DNA from: an uncultured bacterium
GTDB lineage: Bacteria > Omnitrophota > Omnitrophia > Omnitrophales > Abzuiibacteriaceae
DNA: 64,000 bases
Assembly: GCA_964387845.1 (NCBI GenBank)
Contig: CAYLXA010000001.1
Coordinates: 96,001 to 160,000, forward strand
Reading direction: 5' to 3'
Position numbers and translations under genes: made by a program. The notes below the pieces were generated by a model. That model had not been told where the DNA came from and made no database searches. It saw only the letters and a list, made by a program, of their open reading frames with translations. Of the stretch, positions 1-9,861 are shown one piece after another (the first letter of the stretch is position 1; each line of letters begins with the position of its first letter).

Positions 1-611
1 AAAATATTACGAATATCTTTTTCAATCTTAGAAAGCTGAACTGCGCCGTCGTGCTGCGTGCTCACCACGATCGCATCGATACGGACCGGGCGGCCGTTTT
101 GATACTCAACCGTTACCTGGCTTTTAGCATCCGGCTTCAAATATGAGATTTCTTTTTTCTTACGCAAATTCGCAAGTTCCCGGACCAGCGCATGCGCCAA
201 GCTGATCGGAAGCGGCATGAGTTCAGGCGTTTCATTCGTCGCATAACCAAACATCATACCCTGGTCGCCTGCCCCGCCCTTATCAACACCCAGTGCGATA
301 TCCGCAGACTGCTGATGCACGTCGGTCATGATTTGGCAGGTTTTATAATTGAAGCTGTTTTTTAAATCATCGTAGCCGATATCCTGAATCACTTCACGCG
401 CGATCTTTTCAAAATTGACCTTAGCTTTGGTCGTGATTTCACCGGCAATAATCATCTTGCCGAATGTCGCCATGCATTCACAGGCGACGCGCGCGGCTTT
501 ATCCTGCGCTAAAATCGCATCCAAAATCGCATCCGAAACCTGATCGCACAGCTTATCCGGATGGCCTTCGCCGACTGATTCCGAAGTGAATAATTGCTTA
601 TCTTCAAACAT
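1..611 (-). CDS. metK: S-adenosylmethionine synthetase (methionine adenosyltransferase), N-terminal ~203 codons; 3' end lies beyond the window start
   Basis: The reverse translation starts at the ATG (plus-strand 'cat') at 609-611 and reads MFEDKQLFTSESVGEGHPDK...GGAGDQGMMFGYA. GHPDK and the GAGDQG loop are MetK signatures. The ORF runs off the window edge. Confidence 0.9.
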   Translation of the reverse strand, partial: MFEDKQLFTSESVGEGHPDKLCDQVSDAILDAILAQDKAARVACECMATFGKMIIAGEITTKAKVNFEKIAREVIQDIGYDDLKNSFNYKTCQIMTDVHQQSADIALGVDKGGAGDQGMMFGYATNETPELMPLPISLAHALVRELANLRKKKEISYLKPDAKSQVTVEYQNGRPVRIDAIVVSTQHDGAVQLSKIEKDIRNI

Positions 612-656
612 GGTTAAAGCTCCTTTCCATCATAATAAAATTCCTGCATCGGGTAA

Positions 657-1409
657 CTATTTGGAACCAGACTTGAGGCGGAACGCGCGGTCTGCATTCT
701 GATAGGACGCGTAATCGCCAATATCATACCAGGTTCCTTCGAAAGGAAAAGCGAAAACTTGGTCGTTTGCCACCAGCCACTGCACATAATGGCCCGGCGC
801 ATCCGGATTTTGATTTCCGGACAAATATCGATCAATCAACTTCAAACTTTCCTTTGGAAAGAAATAAAGGCCTGTCGACGCTAAAGTCGTGGTTGGATTC
901 GCCGGTTTTTCGAAAAACTGTGTAATTTTTCCGTTTTCATCCACCGCTACAAGCCCGTAGCGGCTCGCAAGCTTTAAGTCTTTGACATCATAAACGCCGA
1001 CGCTTGCATGCGGCCTGTGTTTCAGTGCGGTATTGGCAAAATCTTGAACGGACGTATCAAACAAATTATCGCTTGCAAGCACCAAAACATCATCCGAAAC
1101 TTTTCCGTGCTTCAACGCAAACTGCATATCGCGGATAGCGCCGAGCCGGTTTTCGTTGGTCGTGGTCCCGTCATTAATGACCTGCACATTTGTTTTTGAG
1201 TAATATTTTTCCTTCCAATCGCAAAACGCTTTGAAGAATTTATCGTTTGTGACAATCAAGATACCGTCAATAGACGGAATGCGGAGCACAAAATCCATCA
1301 AATGATTAAGGATCGGGCGGCCCGCAATATCAAGAAGCGACTTAGGTTTGTCTTTCGTAAGAGGATACAACCGTGTTGCGTACCCTGCGCAAAGAAAAAC
1401 TGCTTTCAT
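657..1409 (-). CDS. sugar-phosphate nucleotidyltransferase (NTP_transferase family)
   Basis: The track ORF is 657..1454, with the likely start at the internal Met (MKAVFLCAGYATRLYPLT, a G-x-G-T-R-L nucleotide-binding motif). The 15-codon upstream extension begins at a TTG. Confidence 0.7.
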   Translation of the reverse strand: MKAVFLCAGYATRLYPLTKDKPKSLLDIAGRPILNHLMDFVLRIPSIDGILIVTNDKFFKAFCDWKEKYYSKTNVQVINDGTTTNENRLGAIRDMQFALKHGKVSDDVLVLASDNLFDTSVQDFANTALKHRPHASVGVYDVKDLKLASRYGLVAVDENGKITQFFEKPANPTTTLASTGLYFFPKESLKLIDRYLSGNQNPDAPGHYVQWLVANDQVFAFPFEGTWYDIGDYASYQNADRAFRLKSGSK

Positions 1410-1450
1410 AAAAAACCTTTCGGTTTGGCAAAAGAGTGAAAACTTTGGAA

Positions 1451-3226
1451 TCAAAAGTCCAGCAGATCAGGGACAAGCTTGACAAATTCCTTTTCCAAAT
1501 ACTTCCTAACTTCTTCGCCGGTTTTAAATGTCATTGCCTTGTCGGCAATGGATTTAACGGATTTATAATTAACGGACCGGATTGCTTTTTTCACTTTCGG
1601 CAAGATAAAGGCACTCGTGCTGATACCGTCGATGCCCAAACCGACCAAAAGAAGCGCCGTGACCGGATCACTCCCCATTTCGCCGCAAATCCCGACCCAA
1701 ATTTTATTTTTCTTACCGTTTAGGATCACTTGAAGAATTAATTTGAGAATTGCCGGATGCGTCGGGTCGTACAGATAGGCAATTTTTTCATTCACGCGGT
1801 CGACTGCAAGGGCGTATTGAATCAGGTCGTTTGAACCGATCGAGAAAAAATCGCATTCTGTCGCTAAAATATCGCTCATCACGGCAGCGGATGGAATCTC
1901 AATCATGGCACCAACTTTGATTTTGTCGTCAAAAGGAATTTTGGCGGCTTTCAAATCATTTTTGACTTCTTCTAAAACTTCGTTGGCTTTCCGGAGTTCC
2001 GTCAAATTAGATATCATGGGATACATGATTTTGAATTTTCCGTAAACACTTGCACGTAAAATAGCCCGGAGCTGGGTTTTGAAGATATCGACGCGTGATA
2101 AACAAAACCGGATTGCCCGCAAGCCTAAAATCGGGTTAATTTCACGCGGAAGTTCCAGAGACGATAGAAACTTATCGCCGCCTAAGTCCAACGTGCGGAG
2201 CACGACATGCTGCGGCGCCATCTGCTCGGCCACTGTCTTATACGCCTCAAATTGCTCTTCTTCCGTCGGAAGATCCGTTCGGTTTAAATAAAAATATTCC
2301 GTACGGTAAAGCCCGATACCTTCCGCGCCATGCGCAATGACGGACGGCACTTCGTCCGGAAATTCGATATTGGCGCTTAATTGAATTTTGCGGCCGTCTT
2401 TGGTTTCAGCCGGCAGCAATTTGAGTTTATCAAGCTCCGAAATCAGTTCGCTGAACTTCTTTTCCTCGCGCGTATAGCGGTCGATGGTTTCAAGGTCCGG
2501 GTCGATGATGACCTGTCCGTGATTGCCGTCGATAATGACCGTGTCGCCGTTCGTTACTTCTTTCGAAACCCGGTCCAGGCCAACCACAGCCGGAATTTCG
2601 AGCGAGCGCGCCATAATGGCCGTATGGGATGTCGGGCCGCCGATATCGGTGGCAAAAGCGATCACGTTTTTTTTATCCATTGTGGCAGTGTCTGAGGGTG
2701 ATAAATCGTGCGCAATGAGGATCACGGGTTCTTTTAAATGCGAGAGAACATCCTTTTCGTGCCCCAGGAGATTCTGTAGAATCCGGCGGCCGATATCCTT
2801 GATGTCGCTGACCCGTTCTTTCAAATATTCGTCGTCAATCTGTGAAAATGCATGAAAATAGCGCTGAATTACGATCGAAAACGCGTACTCAACGGCAATG
2901 CGTTTCTCTTTGACCTGTGCGATCACGTCTTCGATCAACGTGCGGTCTTCAAGGATCAAAAGATGAGCGTTAAAAATATCCGAATGCTCGTGGCCGATCT
3001 CCTCGGATATTTTTCGGCGGATATTGAGAAGTTCGGCGCGCGTTTTGGTAAGCGCTTCCTCAAACCGGGCGATTTCGCGCGGAATGTTGTCTTCGCTGAT
3101 TGCGGTTTCTGGAATCGAGAAAAAGTCCTCGCTATGAAAAACGAGCGCCTTCCCTATTGCAACGCCGGGCGAAACGGCAATGCCGTGAAATGTCTGCACG
3201 TTATTCTTCTCCGAATTTCGTATCAA
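1451..3226 (-). CDS. ptsI: phosphoenolpyruvate-protein phosphotransferase (PTS Enzyme I)
   Basis: The 591-aa product has GGPTSHTAIMARSLEIPAVVG (phospho-His region), LRTLDLGGDK and GICGEM motifs typical of EI. Confidence 0.9.
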   Translation of the reverse strand: MIRNSEKNNVQTFHGIAVSPGVAIGKALVFHSEDFFSIPETAISEDNIPREIARFEEALTKTRAELLNIRRKISEEIGHEHSDIFNAHLLILEDRTLIEDVIAQVKEKRIAVEYAFSIVIQRYFHAFSQIDDEYLKERVSDIKDIGRRILQNLLGHEKDVLSHLKEPVILIAHDLSPSDTATMDKKNVIAFATDIGGPTSHTAIMARSLEIPAVVGLDRVSKEVTNGDTVIIDGNHGQVIIDPDLETIDRYTREEKKFSELISELDKLKLLPAETKDGRKIQLSANIEFPDEVPSVIAHGAEGIGLYRTEYFYLNRTDLPTEEEQFEAYKTVAEQMAPQHVVLRTLDLGGDKFLSSLELPREINPILGLRAIRFCLSRVDIFKTQLRAILRASVYGKFKIMYPMISNLTELRKANEVLEEVKNDLKAAKIPFDDKIKVGAMIEIPSAAVMSDILATECDFFSIGSNDLIQYALAVDRVNEKIAYLYDPTHPAILKLILQVILNGKKNKIWVGICGEMGSDPVTALLLVGLGIDGISTSAFILPKVKKAIRSVNYKSVKSIADKAMTFKTGEEVRKYLEKEFVKLVPDLLDF

Positions 3227-3497
3227 ATAATTTTGCGATTTCCATCATTACTTTCCTGGCATCCGGCCCCGAAGCCCTGATCTCGACATGACTGCCGATG
3301 CCGGCTGCAAGCATCATGACACCCATGATTGATTTTGCGTTCACTTTCTGCTTTCCTTTTTGAATCGTTACTTCACTGTGAAACCGATTAACTGTCTGGA
3401 CAAGCAGCGCTGCAGGGCGCGCATGCAAGCCCATTTTATTGCCGATCGTAAATTTTTGCTTTAAAACTTCGGCGGTTTTTTTACTGTCTTTTTCCAT
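3201..3497 (-). CDS. ptsH: phosphocarrier protein HPr
   Basis: The 98-aa product has GLHARPAA (active-site His15 context) and a region-2 Ser (KSIMGVMML). The start may be an internal codon (VLKQKF...). Confidence 0.85.
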   Translation of the reverse strand: MEKDSKKTAEVLKQKFTIGNKMGLHARPAALLVQTVNRFHSEVTIQKGKQKVNAKSIMGVMMLAAGIGSHVEIRASGPDARKVMMEIAKLFDTKFGEE

Positions 3498-4761
3498 TAT
3501 TGGAAACCGTTATTTTTTTGTGATAATAATCCACGATTAATTTTGCAAGCTTGATCGGATCGTGCCGCACTTGGCCGTCCAGCTTAAGCAGTTCGCCGGC
3601 CACCACTTCATAACCGCGCTCGCGAATCCTGTCGATATCCAGCTTTGCCGGATACGAACCCTGCTCTTTGTACTTCACCAAAATTTCTTCCGGAGCCGAC
3701 TGCATATTGACAATGCAGGCGTCCACGATCCTGGGATCCGTGTGACTGATCAGCGCTTCCAAATGGTCATACACACTGTACTGCTCGGTTTCGCCCGGCT
3801 GCGTCATGGCATTCACGACATAAACTTTGTGAGCGTCCGAGTCCAGAATCTTTTCCACAATGTCTTTGATCATCAAATTCGGCAGCACGCTGGTATAAAG
3901 ACTCCCGGGCCCCAGCACGATAAGCTCGGCGTTTTCAATTGCTTCCAGAGCTTCTTCGGCAGCTTGGCAATCTGCGGGCTTCAAACTCACCCGCTGAATC
4001 GGCTTTTGGTTGGTGGCGTTATAAGCCGTAATATCCGTCTCACCTTCCACTACTTTACCGTCCGTAAACTCAGCCACCAGACTGACCTGGCTCAAAGTAG
4101 ACGGAATCACGCGGCCGCGAATTGCAAGCACTTTGCTGGATGCTTTAATCGCCCGCTCGAAATCGCCCGTAACCATTGAAAGCGCGGTAATAAACAAATT
4201 GCCGAAGCTGTGGCCTTTGAGGCCAGATCCGTCCTCGAAACGGTATTGGAACAAATCGCGAATCAAAGGCTCCGCATCCGCCAATGCCACCAAACAGTTT
4301 CGAATATCACCCGGAGGCAGCACGTCCAACTCATCGCGCAAACGGCCTGAACTTCCGCCCGTATCGGTCACCGTCACAATCGCGGTTAAATTGCTGGTAT
4401 GCAATTTCAAGCCCGACAAAAGAACGCTCAAACCCGTCCCGCCGCCCACAACCACAATTCTGGGACCGCGCGATAAAAACCCGCGCTTCCTGCTTTCGTA
4501 AACAATGTGCGCCAAATCTTCACCACTTGCCGGCATGAGCGCCCGGACAAAAGTCCGGATCATGTTTTTCATTGCCGTGTAGACGAGAAAAATACCGATG
4601 ATTAAAAGAGCAAGCGCAAAACTCGACAGCAGCAAATTTTGCCGCGCAATCGTCCGGATGGCAGTCAGCGCAACCACAATCAGCAAACCCATTCCCAGCG
4701 CTGCGAGCATCACCCAGCGCTTGACGCCGATCCCGGGATAAAGCCACTTGAAAAATTTCAT
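3481..4761 (-). CDS. YvcK/CofD-like (UPF0052, gluconeogenesis factor family) protein with a ~100-aa N-terminal extension carrying two predicted TM helices
   Basis: VVVGGGTGLS...GPGSLYTSVLPNLMIKDI matches the YvcK/CofD fold. The N-terminus has two hydrophobic stretches (WVMLAALGMGLLIVVALTAI, LALLIIGIFLVYTAM). Confidence 0.8.
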   Translation of the reverse strand: MKFFKWLYPGIGVKRWVMLAALGMGLLIVVALTAIRTIARQNLLLSSFALALLIIGIFLVYTAMKNMIRTFVRALMPASGEDLAHIVYESRKRGFLSRGPRIVVVGGGTGLSVLLSGLKLHTSNLTAIVTVTDTGGSSGRLRDELDVLPPGDIRNCLVALADAEPLIRDLFQYRFEDGSGLKGHSFGNLFITALSMVTGDFERAIKASSKVLAIRGRVIPSTLSQVSLVAEFTDGKVVEGETDITAYNATNQKPIQRVSLKPADCQAAEEALEAIENAELIVLGPGSLYTSVLPNLMIKDIVEKILDSDAHKVYVVNAMTQPGETEQYSVYDHLEALISHTDPRIVDACIVNMQSAPEEILVKYKEQGSYPAKLDIDRIRERGYEVVAGELLKLDGQVRHDPIKLAKLIVDYYHKKITVSNNGKRQ

Positions 4762-5720
4762 TTCAATAAACCCGGCTTTTCCGCAGCCAAGCGGTTTGCT
4801 TCCATACGCTCAATCAACTTTTGATTAAATGCGCTCGCCGCATGATAACCCATCAGCTTGGCGCGCTGCGTCAGCGCGGCGACTTCCACCAAAATCGGAA
4901 TGTTGCGCCCGGGCCGTACCGGAATAATAAAATGCGGCAGCTTAATTCCCAAGATTTCATGCGACCGGTCTTCAAGCCCCAAGCGGTCATATTCGCGTTT
5001 TGCGCTCCATTTCTCGAGCGTGACGGTGAGCAGCACGCGCTTACGATTCAAAACCGCGCCGACACCGAAAATGGAATTCACATCGATAATGCCCAGACCG
5101 CGGATTTCCATGTGATGCTGCACCACATCGTTCACGGAACCCATTAGAATTTGCCCTTCACGCTTGATCTTCACCACGTCATCGGCAACCAAGCGATGGC
5201 TGCGCTCAACCAATTCCAGCGCACATTCTGATTTTCCGACGCCGCTCGAACCAAGTAAAAGCGTTCCGATTCCGTAAATATCCATCAGCGTTCCATGAAC
5301 ATCGACCATAGGTGCCAGCGCATTTTCGATAAAAACCGTAATTTGGCTGGCACAAATCGACGTCCGGTAAAGCGCTCTGAAAACAGGCACTTTGGATTTA
5401 GTCGCCTGATCCAAAAAATCCTTCGGAAGACTTTGGTTTTTTGCCAAGATAATGCACGGAATCCGGAAAGAAAAAAAACGGTTCAAATTTTGTTCGCGCT
5501 TCACGCCTTTTAATTTTGCCAGAAACCGGATTTCGGTTTTTCCCAATACTTGAATTCGGTCAAAAGCAAAATAATCATAGAAACCGGAAAATGCGAGGCC
5601 CGGACGGTGAATTTCCGAAGAACGGATTTTCCGGTTGAGTGGAACGGCCGGATTGAGCAGAGTCAGCTTCAGCCGGTCTTTCATTACCTGATAAAATTCT
5701 TGAACGTCTATGCTTAACAT
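4758..5720 (-). CDS. hprK: HPr kinase/phosphorylase
   Basis: The 320-aa product has a GSSGVGKSE Walker A motif and the HprK C-terminal domain (HHMEIRGLGIIDV). The start overlaps the yvcK end by 4 nt. Confidence 0.9.
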   Translation of the reverse strand: MLSIDVQEFYQVMKDRLKLTLLNPAVPLNRKIRSSEIHRPGLAFSGFYDYFAFDRIQVLGKTEIRFLAKLKGVKREQNLNRFFSFRIPCIILAKNQSLPKDFLDQATKSKVPVFRALYRTSICASQITVFIENALAPMVDVHGTLMDIYGIGTLLLGSSGVGKSECALELVERSHRLVADDVVKIKREGQILMGSVNDVVQHHMEIRGLGIIDVNSIFGVGAVLNRKRVLLTVTLEKWSAKREYDRLGLEDRSHEILGIKLPHFIIPVRPGRNIPILVEVAALTQRAKLMGYHAASAFNQKLIERMEANRLAAEKPGLLK

Positions 5721-5770
5721 AAAAGCAGGTTAAAGGATTTGAGGGTGAGCAGGTACCACATGCCGAAATT

Positions 5771-6235
5771 TTAACTTTTCTTTTCTTCTTCGTTCTTGAT
5801 CAAATCGTAAACTTCCTGCGATGTTTTGCACTTACGGATCAATTCGCAGAAATAAGTATCGCGGAGAAGCCTTGAAATTTGAGCGAGCGCTTTTAAGTGC
5901 GGTCCCGCGGTATCTTTTGGTGCAATCAATAGAAAAAAGATATAAACCGGCTCGCCGTCCAGAGCGTCGAAATTAACGCCTGTTTTGCTGATGCCCATCA
6001 CGGCCGTAAGTTCGCTCACTTTATCCGTTTTCCCGTGCGGAATCGCAATTCCCTGGCCGATACCGGTAGAACCAAGGCTTTCGCGTTCGATCAGCGCTTT
6101 CACGATTGCTTTTTGATCACCAATATTTTTCGCTTTGGCGAGTACGGTGACAAGCTCTTTGAGCGCGTCTTCCTTTTCGATGGCTTCCACGCCGATTTTG
6201 ATTGCATCCTTGTTTAAAATCTCATGAATCTTCAT
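5771..6235 (-). CDS. ptsN: PTS IIA-like nitrogen regulatory protein (EIIA-Ntr)
   Basis: The 154-aa product has GIAIPHGK (EIIA fructose/Ntr family active-site His) and sits in the lptB-ptsN-hprK context. Confidence 0.8.
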   Translation of the reverse strand: MKIHEILNKDAIKIGVEAIEKEDALKELVTVLAKAKNIGDQKAIVKALIERESLGSTGIGQGIAIPHGKTDKVSELTAVMGISKTGVNFDALDGEPVYIFFLLIAPKDTAGPHLKALAQISRLLRDTYFCELIRKCKTSQEVYDLIKNEEEKKS

Positions 6236-6277
6236 TCAAAAACCCCTCCATTGATGTGATGTTTATCAGTGCAGAAA

Positions 6278-7003
6278 TTACGCCAAAACAAAACGATCGC
6301 CCAAATAAATCTCTCTGGCTTTCTTGTCGGTTGCCAGAAAATGCGAAGTGCCCGAAACTTCGACCCTGCCTTCGTACATAATGTACGCCCGGTCCGTGAT
6401 GGCCAAGGTTTCCCGGACGCTGTGATCGGTAAGCAGAATGCTAAGCCCCTGCTCTTTCAGGCGCTGCAGAATCTTTTGAACTTCAATCACGGCAATCGGA
6501 TCCACGCCGCTGAAAGGCTCGTCCAACAAAATCAGCGAAGGGTTTGTAACGAGTGCGCGCGTGATTTCAAGGCGGCGGCGCTCTCCGCCGGAAAGCGTCA
6601 TCGCTTTATTCTTGGCCAGATGAGCAATATCCAATTCCTCTAAAAGTTTTTTAAGACGCCGGTCACGTTCGGTTTGCGGGATATCAAGCGTTTCTAAAAT
6701 TGCCATAATATTTTCTTCGACCGTTAGTTTTCTAAAAATGGAAGGCTCTTGCGAAAGATAACCGATCCCGAGCCGCGCACGCTTGTACATCGGCAGCACC
6801 GTAATGTCTTCGCCGCGGAAAATGACTTGGCCGCCGTCCGGTTGAATAATACCGGTAACCATATAAAAGGAAGTCGTTTTTCCGGCGCCGTTCGGCCCCA
6901 ACAAACCCACGATTTCGCCGCGCTGGATATTGATCGAAACGCGGTTGACAACCGTGCGGCCTTTGTAACTTTTAACCAAGTCTTTCGTTTCTAGTAAGTT
7001 CAA
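6278..7003 (-). CDS. lptB: LPS export ABC transporter ATP-binding protein
   Basis: Walker A GPNGAGKTT, ABC signature LSGGERRRLEI and Walker B ILLDEP are present. The gene is adjacent to an OstA-like gene. Confidence 0.9.
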   Translation of the reverse strand: MNLLETKDLVKSYKGRTVVNRVSINIQRGEIVGLLGPNGAGKTTSFYMVTGIIQPDGGQVIFRGEDITVLPMYKRARLGIGYLSQEPSIFRKLTVEENIMAILETLDIPQTERDRRLKKLLEELDIAHLAKNKAMTLSGGERRRLEITRALVTNPSLILLDEPFSGVDPIAVIEVQKILQRLKEQGLSILLTDHSVRETLAITDRAYIMYEGRVEVSGTSHFLATDKKAREIYLGDRFVLA

Positions 7004-7046
7004 AATATATCCTTCGGTTTAGGGATTCTCGGAGAGTCTTTTATTT

Positions 7047-7985
7047 TTATGGAGATTTTTTCTTCTGGTTTGCGGATTTACCCCATCCAAAAAAATCCAG
7101 GCTGGACGGGTCGGCACTTTCTTCGCTTTTGTGCTTTTTAGCAACGGCTTCAACATCGCCGCCCAAAATAATCCGGCCCTCTTCGGCCAAATAAATCGCG
7201 TTGTCGCTGTACGTCGTATTGCCTTCTTTATTTTTAATCACCACATTGCCCGAGGCAACCACCTTGTACACTTTTTTAGATTTTTCACTGTAATAAACGT
7301 CCATGTAATCGGCGTAAAGATTGCCGCGTTTATCGCGCGCCACCACATTGTCCGAGAAATGCGCGATGTTGGCTTGATAATCGATATCGAGCGGCCCGTC
7401 GCAAGTAATGATCGTTGGCGCATTTGCCTCTGAATTCGGATCCTGCACCACGACTGTCACGTTTTTCTTGAACTCAACTTTTTTCAGTTCCGAATCTCCC
7501 GTGGCGCCTTCGCCTTCCACATTGATATTGTCGCGTTTCACTTTTGCAGGAAGTGTGGTTTCTAATTTTTTAGTCGAAGGATGGATGTCCAATTCGTCCG
7601 TCAACAGCCGGGCGCCGGTATCGGTGGTGGCCACGACATTATTTTTTAAATGGACTTTGTTCGTAGCTTTGTCAAAAACGCCGTCATCGGCCGTGATGGT
7701 AATGGGGGTTTCCTGCGCGTAGGTCCTGGCGATCACATTTTTCAATACGATGTCAGAGGAGAGAATGTTGGCGGAATCGCCTTCGATTTCGAGCTCTTTG
7801 CTGCCGTTTGTGCCGTATTTCGAGAAGGAAAAGCTATAAACTTTCTGATTGTTCTTGTTTGCCTGATCCTCATTTTCCTGTGTTCCGGATTTGGCACTTC
7901 TTGCCGAAATTAAAAGCTGGATTTGAATGAAGCCCGCATATAACAGTGCAATCATCACGCAAATCCCGATTGTCTTCTTAACCAT
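7047..7985 (-). CDS. LptC/LptA-family (OstA-like) periplasmic LPS transport protein with an N-terminal membrane anchor
   Basis: The 312-aa product has an N-terminal TM segment and a beta-rich OstA-like region. It lies between lpxL and lptB, as kdsC-lptC-lptA-lptB loci usually do. Its length suggests an LptC+LptA fusion or a long LptC. Confidence 0.55.
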   Translation of the reverse strand: MVKKTIGICVMIALLYAGFIQIQLLISARSAKSGTQENEDQANKNNQKVYSFSFSKYGTNGSKELEIEGDSANILSSDIVLKNVIARTYAQETPITITADDGVFDKATNKVHLKNNVVATTDTGARLLTDELDIHPSTKKLETTLPAKVKRDNINVEGEGATGDSELKKVEFKKNVTVVVQDPNSEANAPTIITCDGPLDIDYQANIAHFSDNVVARDKRGNLYADYMDVYYSEKSKKVYKVVASGNVVIKNKEGNTTYSDNAIYLAEEGRIILGGDVEAVAKKHKSEESADPSSLDFFGWGKSANQKKKSP

Positions 7986-8001
7986 ATTAACTCCGCTTAA
8001 C

Positions 8002-8931
8002 TCACGTACTTTTCTGAACTTTTTCTTTTGCTTCTTCTTTCGGACGGCTTCGCCACCGCCGATGCATCCAAACCCACTGTTCCGGGTAACGCCTCACGTA
8101 AGATTCAATCACGTCCGAAACCCGTTGCGTGATTTTTAAAACCGCCGCTTCTTTGTCGGGTGCTGCTTCCGGCCAAATAATTTCATCACAAAAAAGTTTA
8201 TAACGCCCGCCCGCCCGAATCATAAAAAGCGGCAGAATCGGCGCGCCGCTCGCAATCGAAAGTTTTGCGGGCGCGCTCGGCGTATAAGCCAATCGTCCAA
8301 AGAACGGAACAAAAATTCCTTCCAAACTATCCACGTCCTGATCCGGCAGAACGCCTACAATTTGATTTTTCTTCAGCGCCGCCAAAATCGGCTTCGGTGA
8401 TTCATCCCGGTAAAACACTTTGGCGCCTGCGCCTTCGCGGATCTTTTCAAGTACACGGTTAAAAGGTTCGTAATAAATCCGCCGGCCGATAACGCCGCCC
8501 TCGTATCCGCGTGATGCAATAAAAACCGGGATCAATTCCCAATTTCCGATATGCCCCGTTGCGCAAATCAAACCGCGGCCGTTTTTAAGCGCTATTTCTA
8601 TCTTATCGAACACATGGCTCTCAGAGATAAGCGCATTCAAATCCTGCTTGGACAACTTTGGGATTCTGAGTGTATCAATTACGGTCTTGCCCAGATTTTG
8701 AAAAACTGACCGGCCAATCCGGTTAAATTCGGTAAATGTTTTGGGTGCGCCGAAAGCTATCTCTAAATGCTGAATAACTTTACGTCTTTCTTTGGGTAAA
8801 ATATGCCACGCGAGCCAGCCGGTGAAATCTGCCACGGCGAACATCAAGCTCCTGGGCAATATTAACGACAACCGTTCAAAGAGCAGAAGTAAAAGATAAA
8901 GCAGGTAACGGTAAGGTTTTTGTTTGCTCAT
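8002..8931 (-). CDS. lipid A biosynthesis lauroyl/myristoyl acyltransferase family (LpxL/HtrB-like)
   Basis: The 309-aa product has an N-terminal TM, the ATGHIGNWE acyltransferase motif and an LPS-locus context. Confidence 0.8.
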   Translation of the reverse strand: MSKQKPYRYLLYLLLLLFERLSLILPRSLMFAVADFTGWLAWHILPKERRKVIQHLEIAFGAPKTFTEFNRIGRSVFQNLGKTVIDTLRIPKLSKQDLNALISESHVFDKIEIALKNGRGLICATGHIGNWELIPVFIASRGYEGGVIGRRIYYEPFNRVLEKIREGAGAKVFYRDESPKPILAALKKNQIVGVLPDQDVDSLEGIFVPFFGRLAYTPSAPAKLSIASGAPILPLFMIRAGGRYKLFCDEIIWPEAAPDKEAAVLKITQRVSDVIESYVRRYPEQWVWMHRRWRSRPKEEAKEKVQKST

Positions 8932-9035
8932 TGATGTTTTCGAGAAGATTCACGCACACCTCTTCCGCCCTAACTGATAAAGCTTCAGATAATCTAGTGA
9001 TTATAGGAGAGCTTGGAGAGCCCGTCAAGGAAGGT

Positions 9036-9809
9036 TTAAGAGCCTGATTTTGACTCAGTAGTAGCACACAAAAAGACCCCTTCCTCCTTTAAAAAAGCAT
9101 AAATGAGAGAGCAAGGCGAATAGAGGTCTTCTTCCAATCCCGCTGCCGGCTGGCGAGCTTCCGGATAGCCCAAACGGCGGAACCACCGCGCCGATCGGTC
9201 AGTCACGGCTGCATTGTGATACAGAAAAAGCTCCGGAAAAGCTTTTTTGGGTTTGAGCGCCACATGATGACGGCCAAATTCGATTTCCGGAATCCCATCC
9301 TGACTTTCCCTGCTAAGCCCGGATGCCGGCCGGAATGCAACGATCGGGCGAATTTCAAGCCGTACATAATCGCCGTAACTGGAAAGAAACTGATAACGAA
9401 TAAAAACCGTATGTTCATCCGGCATCATCACAATCGCTTTCATGAGCGCCCATTGATCGATTCGGTAAATCCAAATCGGATTCGGCGCGAGATAAAAGTT
9501 TTCTAAGTATTCATAGCCCTTTGGGTAAATCGTATCCGAATACAAATGCGTCGACAGAGGAAACGACTTATCGCCTACGTGCAGAGTTTCTTCCAGGTTG
9601 GACAAAAGGACAACGTCGCCGGATTTTCCTGCGGGGACAACAAGCAAGCCGTGGCTGCGTTTGGTGTTGGCGCCCAAAATAGTAGAAGAAGCATAACCGC
9701 CTAAATTATTGCCTTCCCTCCACTCTTTCTGGCTGGCAACATCAAAATCCCGGCAGATCTTGGTCCGGACAGAGGTAAATTTTCCGCTCGGCTTTAATTT
9801 TGGATCCAT
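9036..9809 (-). CDS. glycogen debranching enzyme N-terminal domain (GDE_N) protein; apparently truncated, with no amylo-1,6-glucosidase catalytic domain downstream
   Basis: The 257-aa product resembles the N-terminal domain of bacterial amylo-alpha-1,6-glucosidases. The ORF ends 104 nt before lpxL and there is no C-terminal domain. Confidence 0.55.
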   Translation of the reverse strand: MDPKLKPSGKFTSVRTKICRDFDVASQKEWREGNNLGGYASSTILGANTKRSHGLLVVPAGKSGDVVLLSNLEETLHVGDKSFPLSTHLYSDTIYPKGYEYLENFYLAPNPIWIYRIDQWALMKAIVMMPDEHTVFIRYQFLSSYGDYVRLEIRPIVAFRPASGLSRESQDGIPEIEFGRHHVALKPKKAFPELFLYHNAAVTDRSARWFRRLGYPEARQPAAGLEEDLYSPCSLIYAFLKEEGVFLCATTESKSGS

Positions 9810-9861
9810 GCGGAGAAGACTACACCATGAGAGACAGATAAAACAAGAGAAAAAGGTAAAA

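Noticed and set aside
1008-1199. Small plus-strand ORFs nested inside larger minus-strand genes, for example 1008..1199, 2079..2291, 49042..49302 and 51628..51822
   Set aside because: They are fully contained within well-supported longer genes on the opposite strand or in other frames. They have no independent support.
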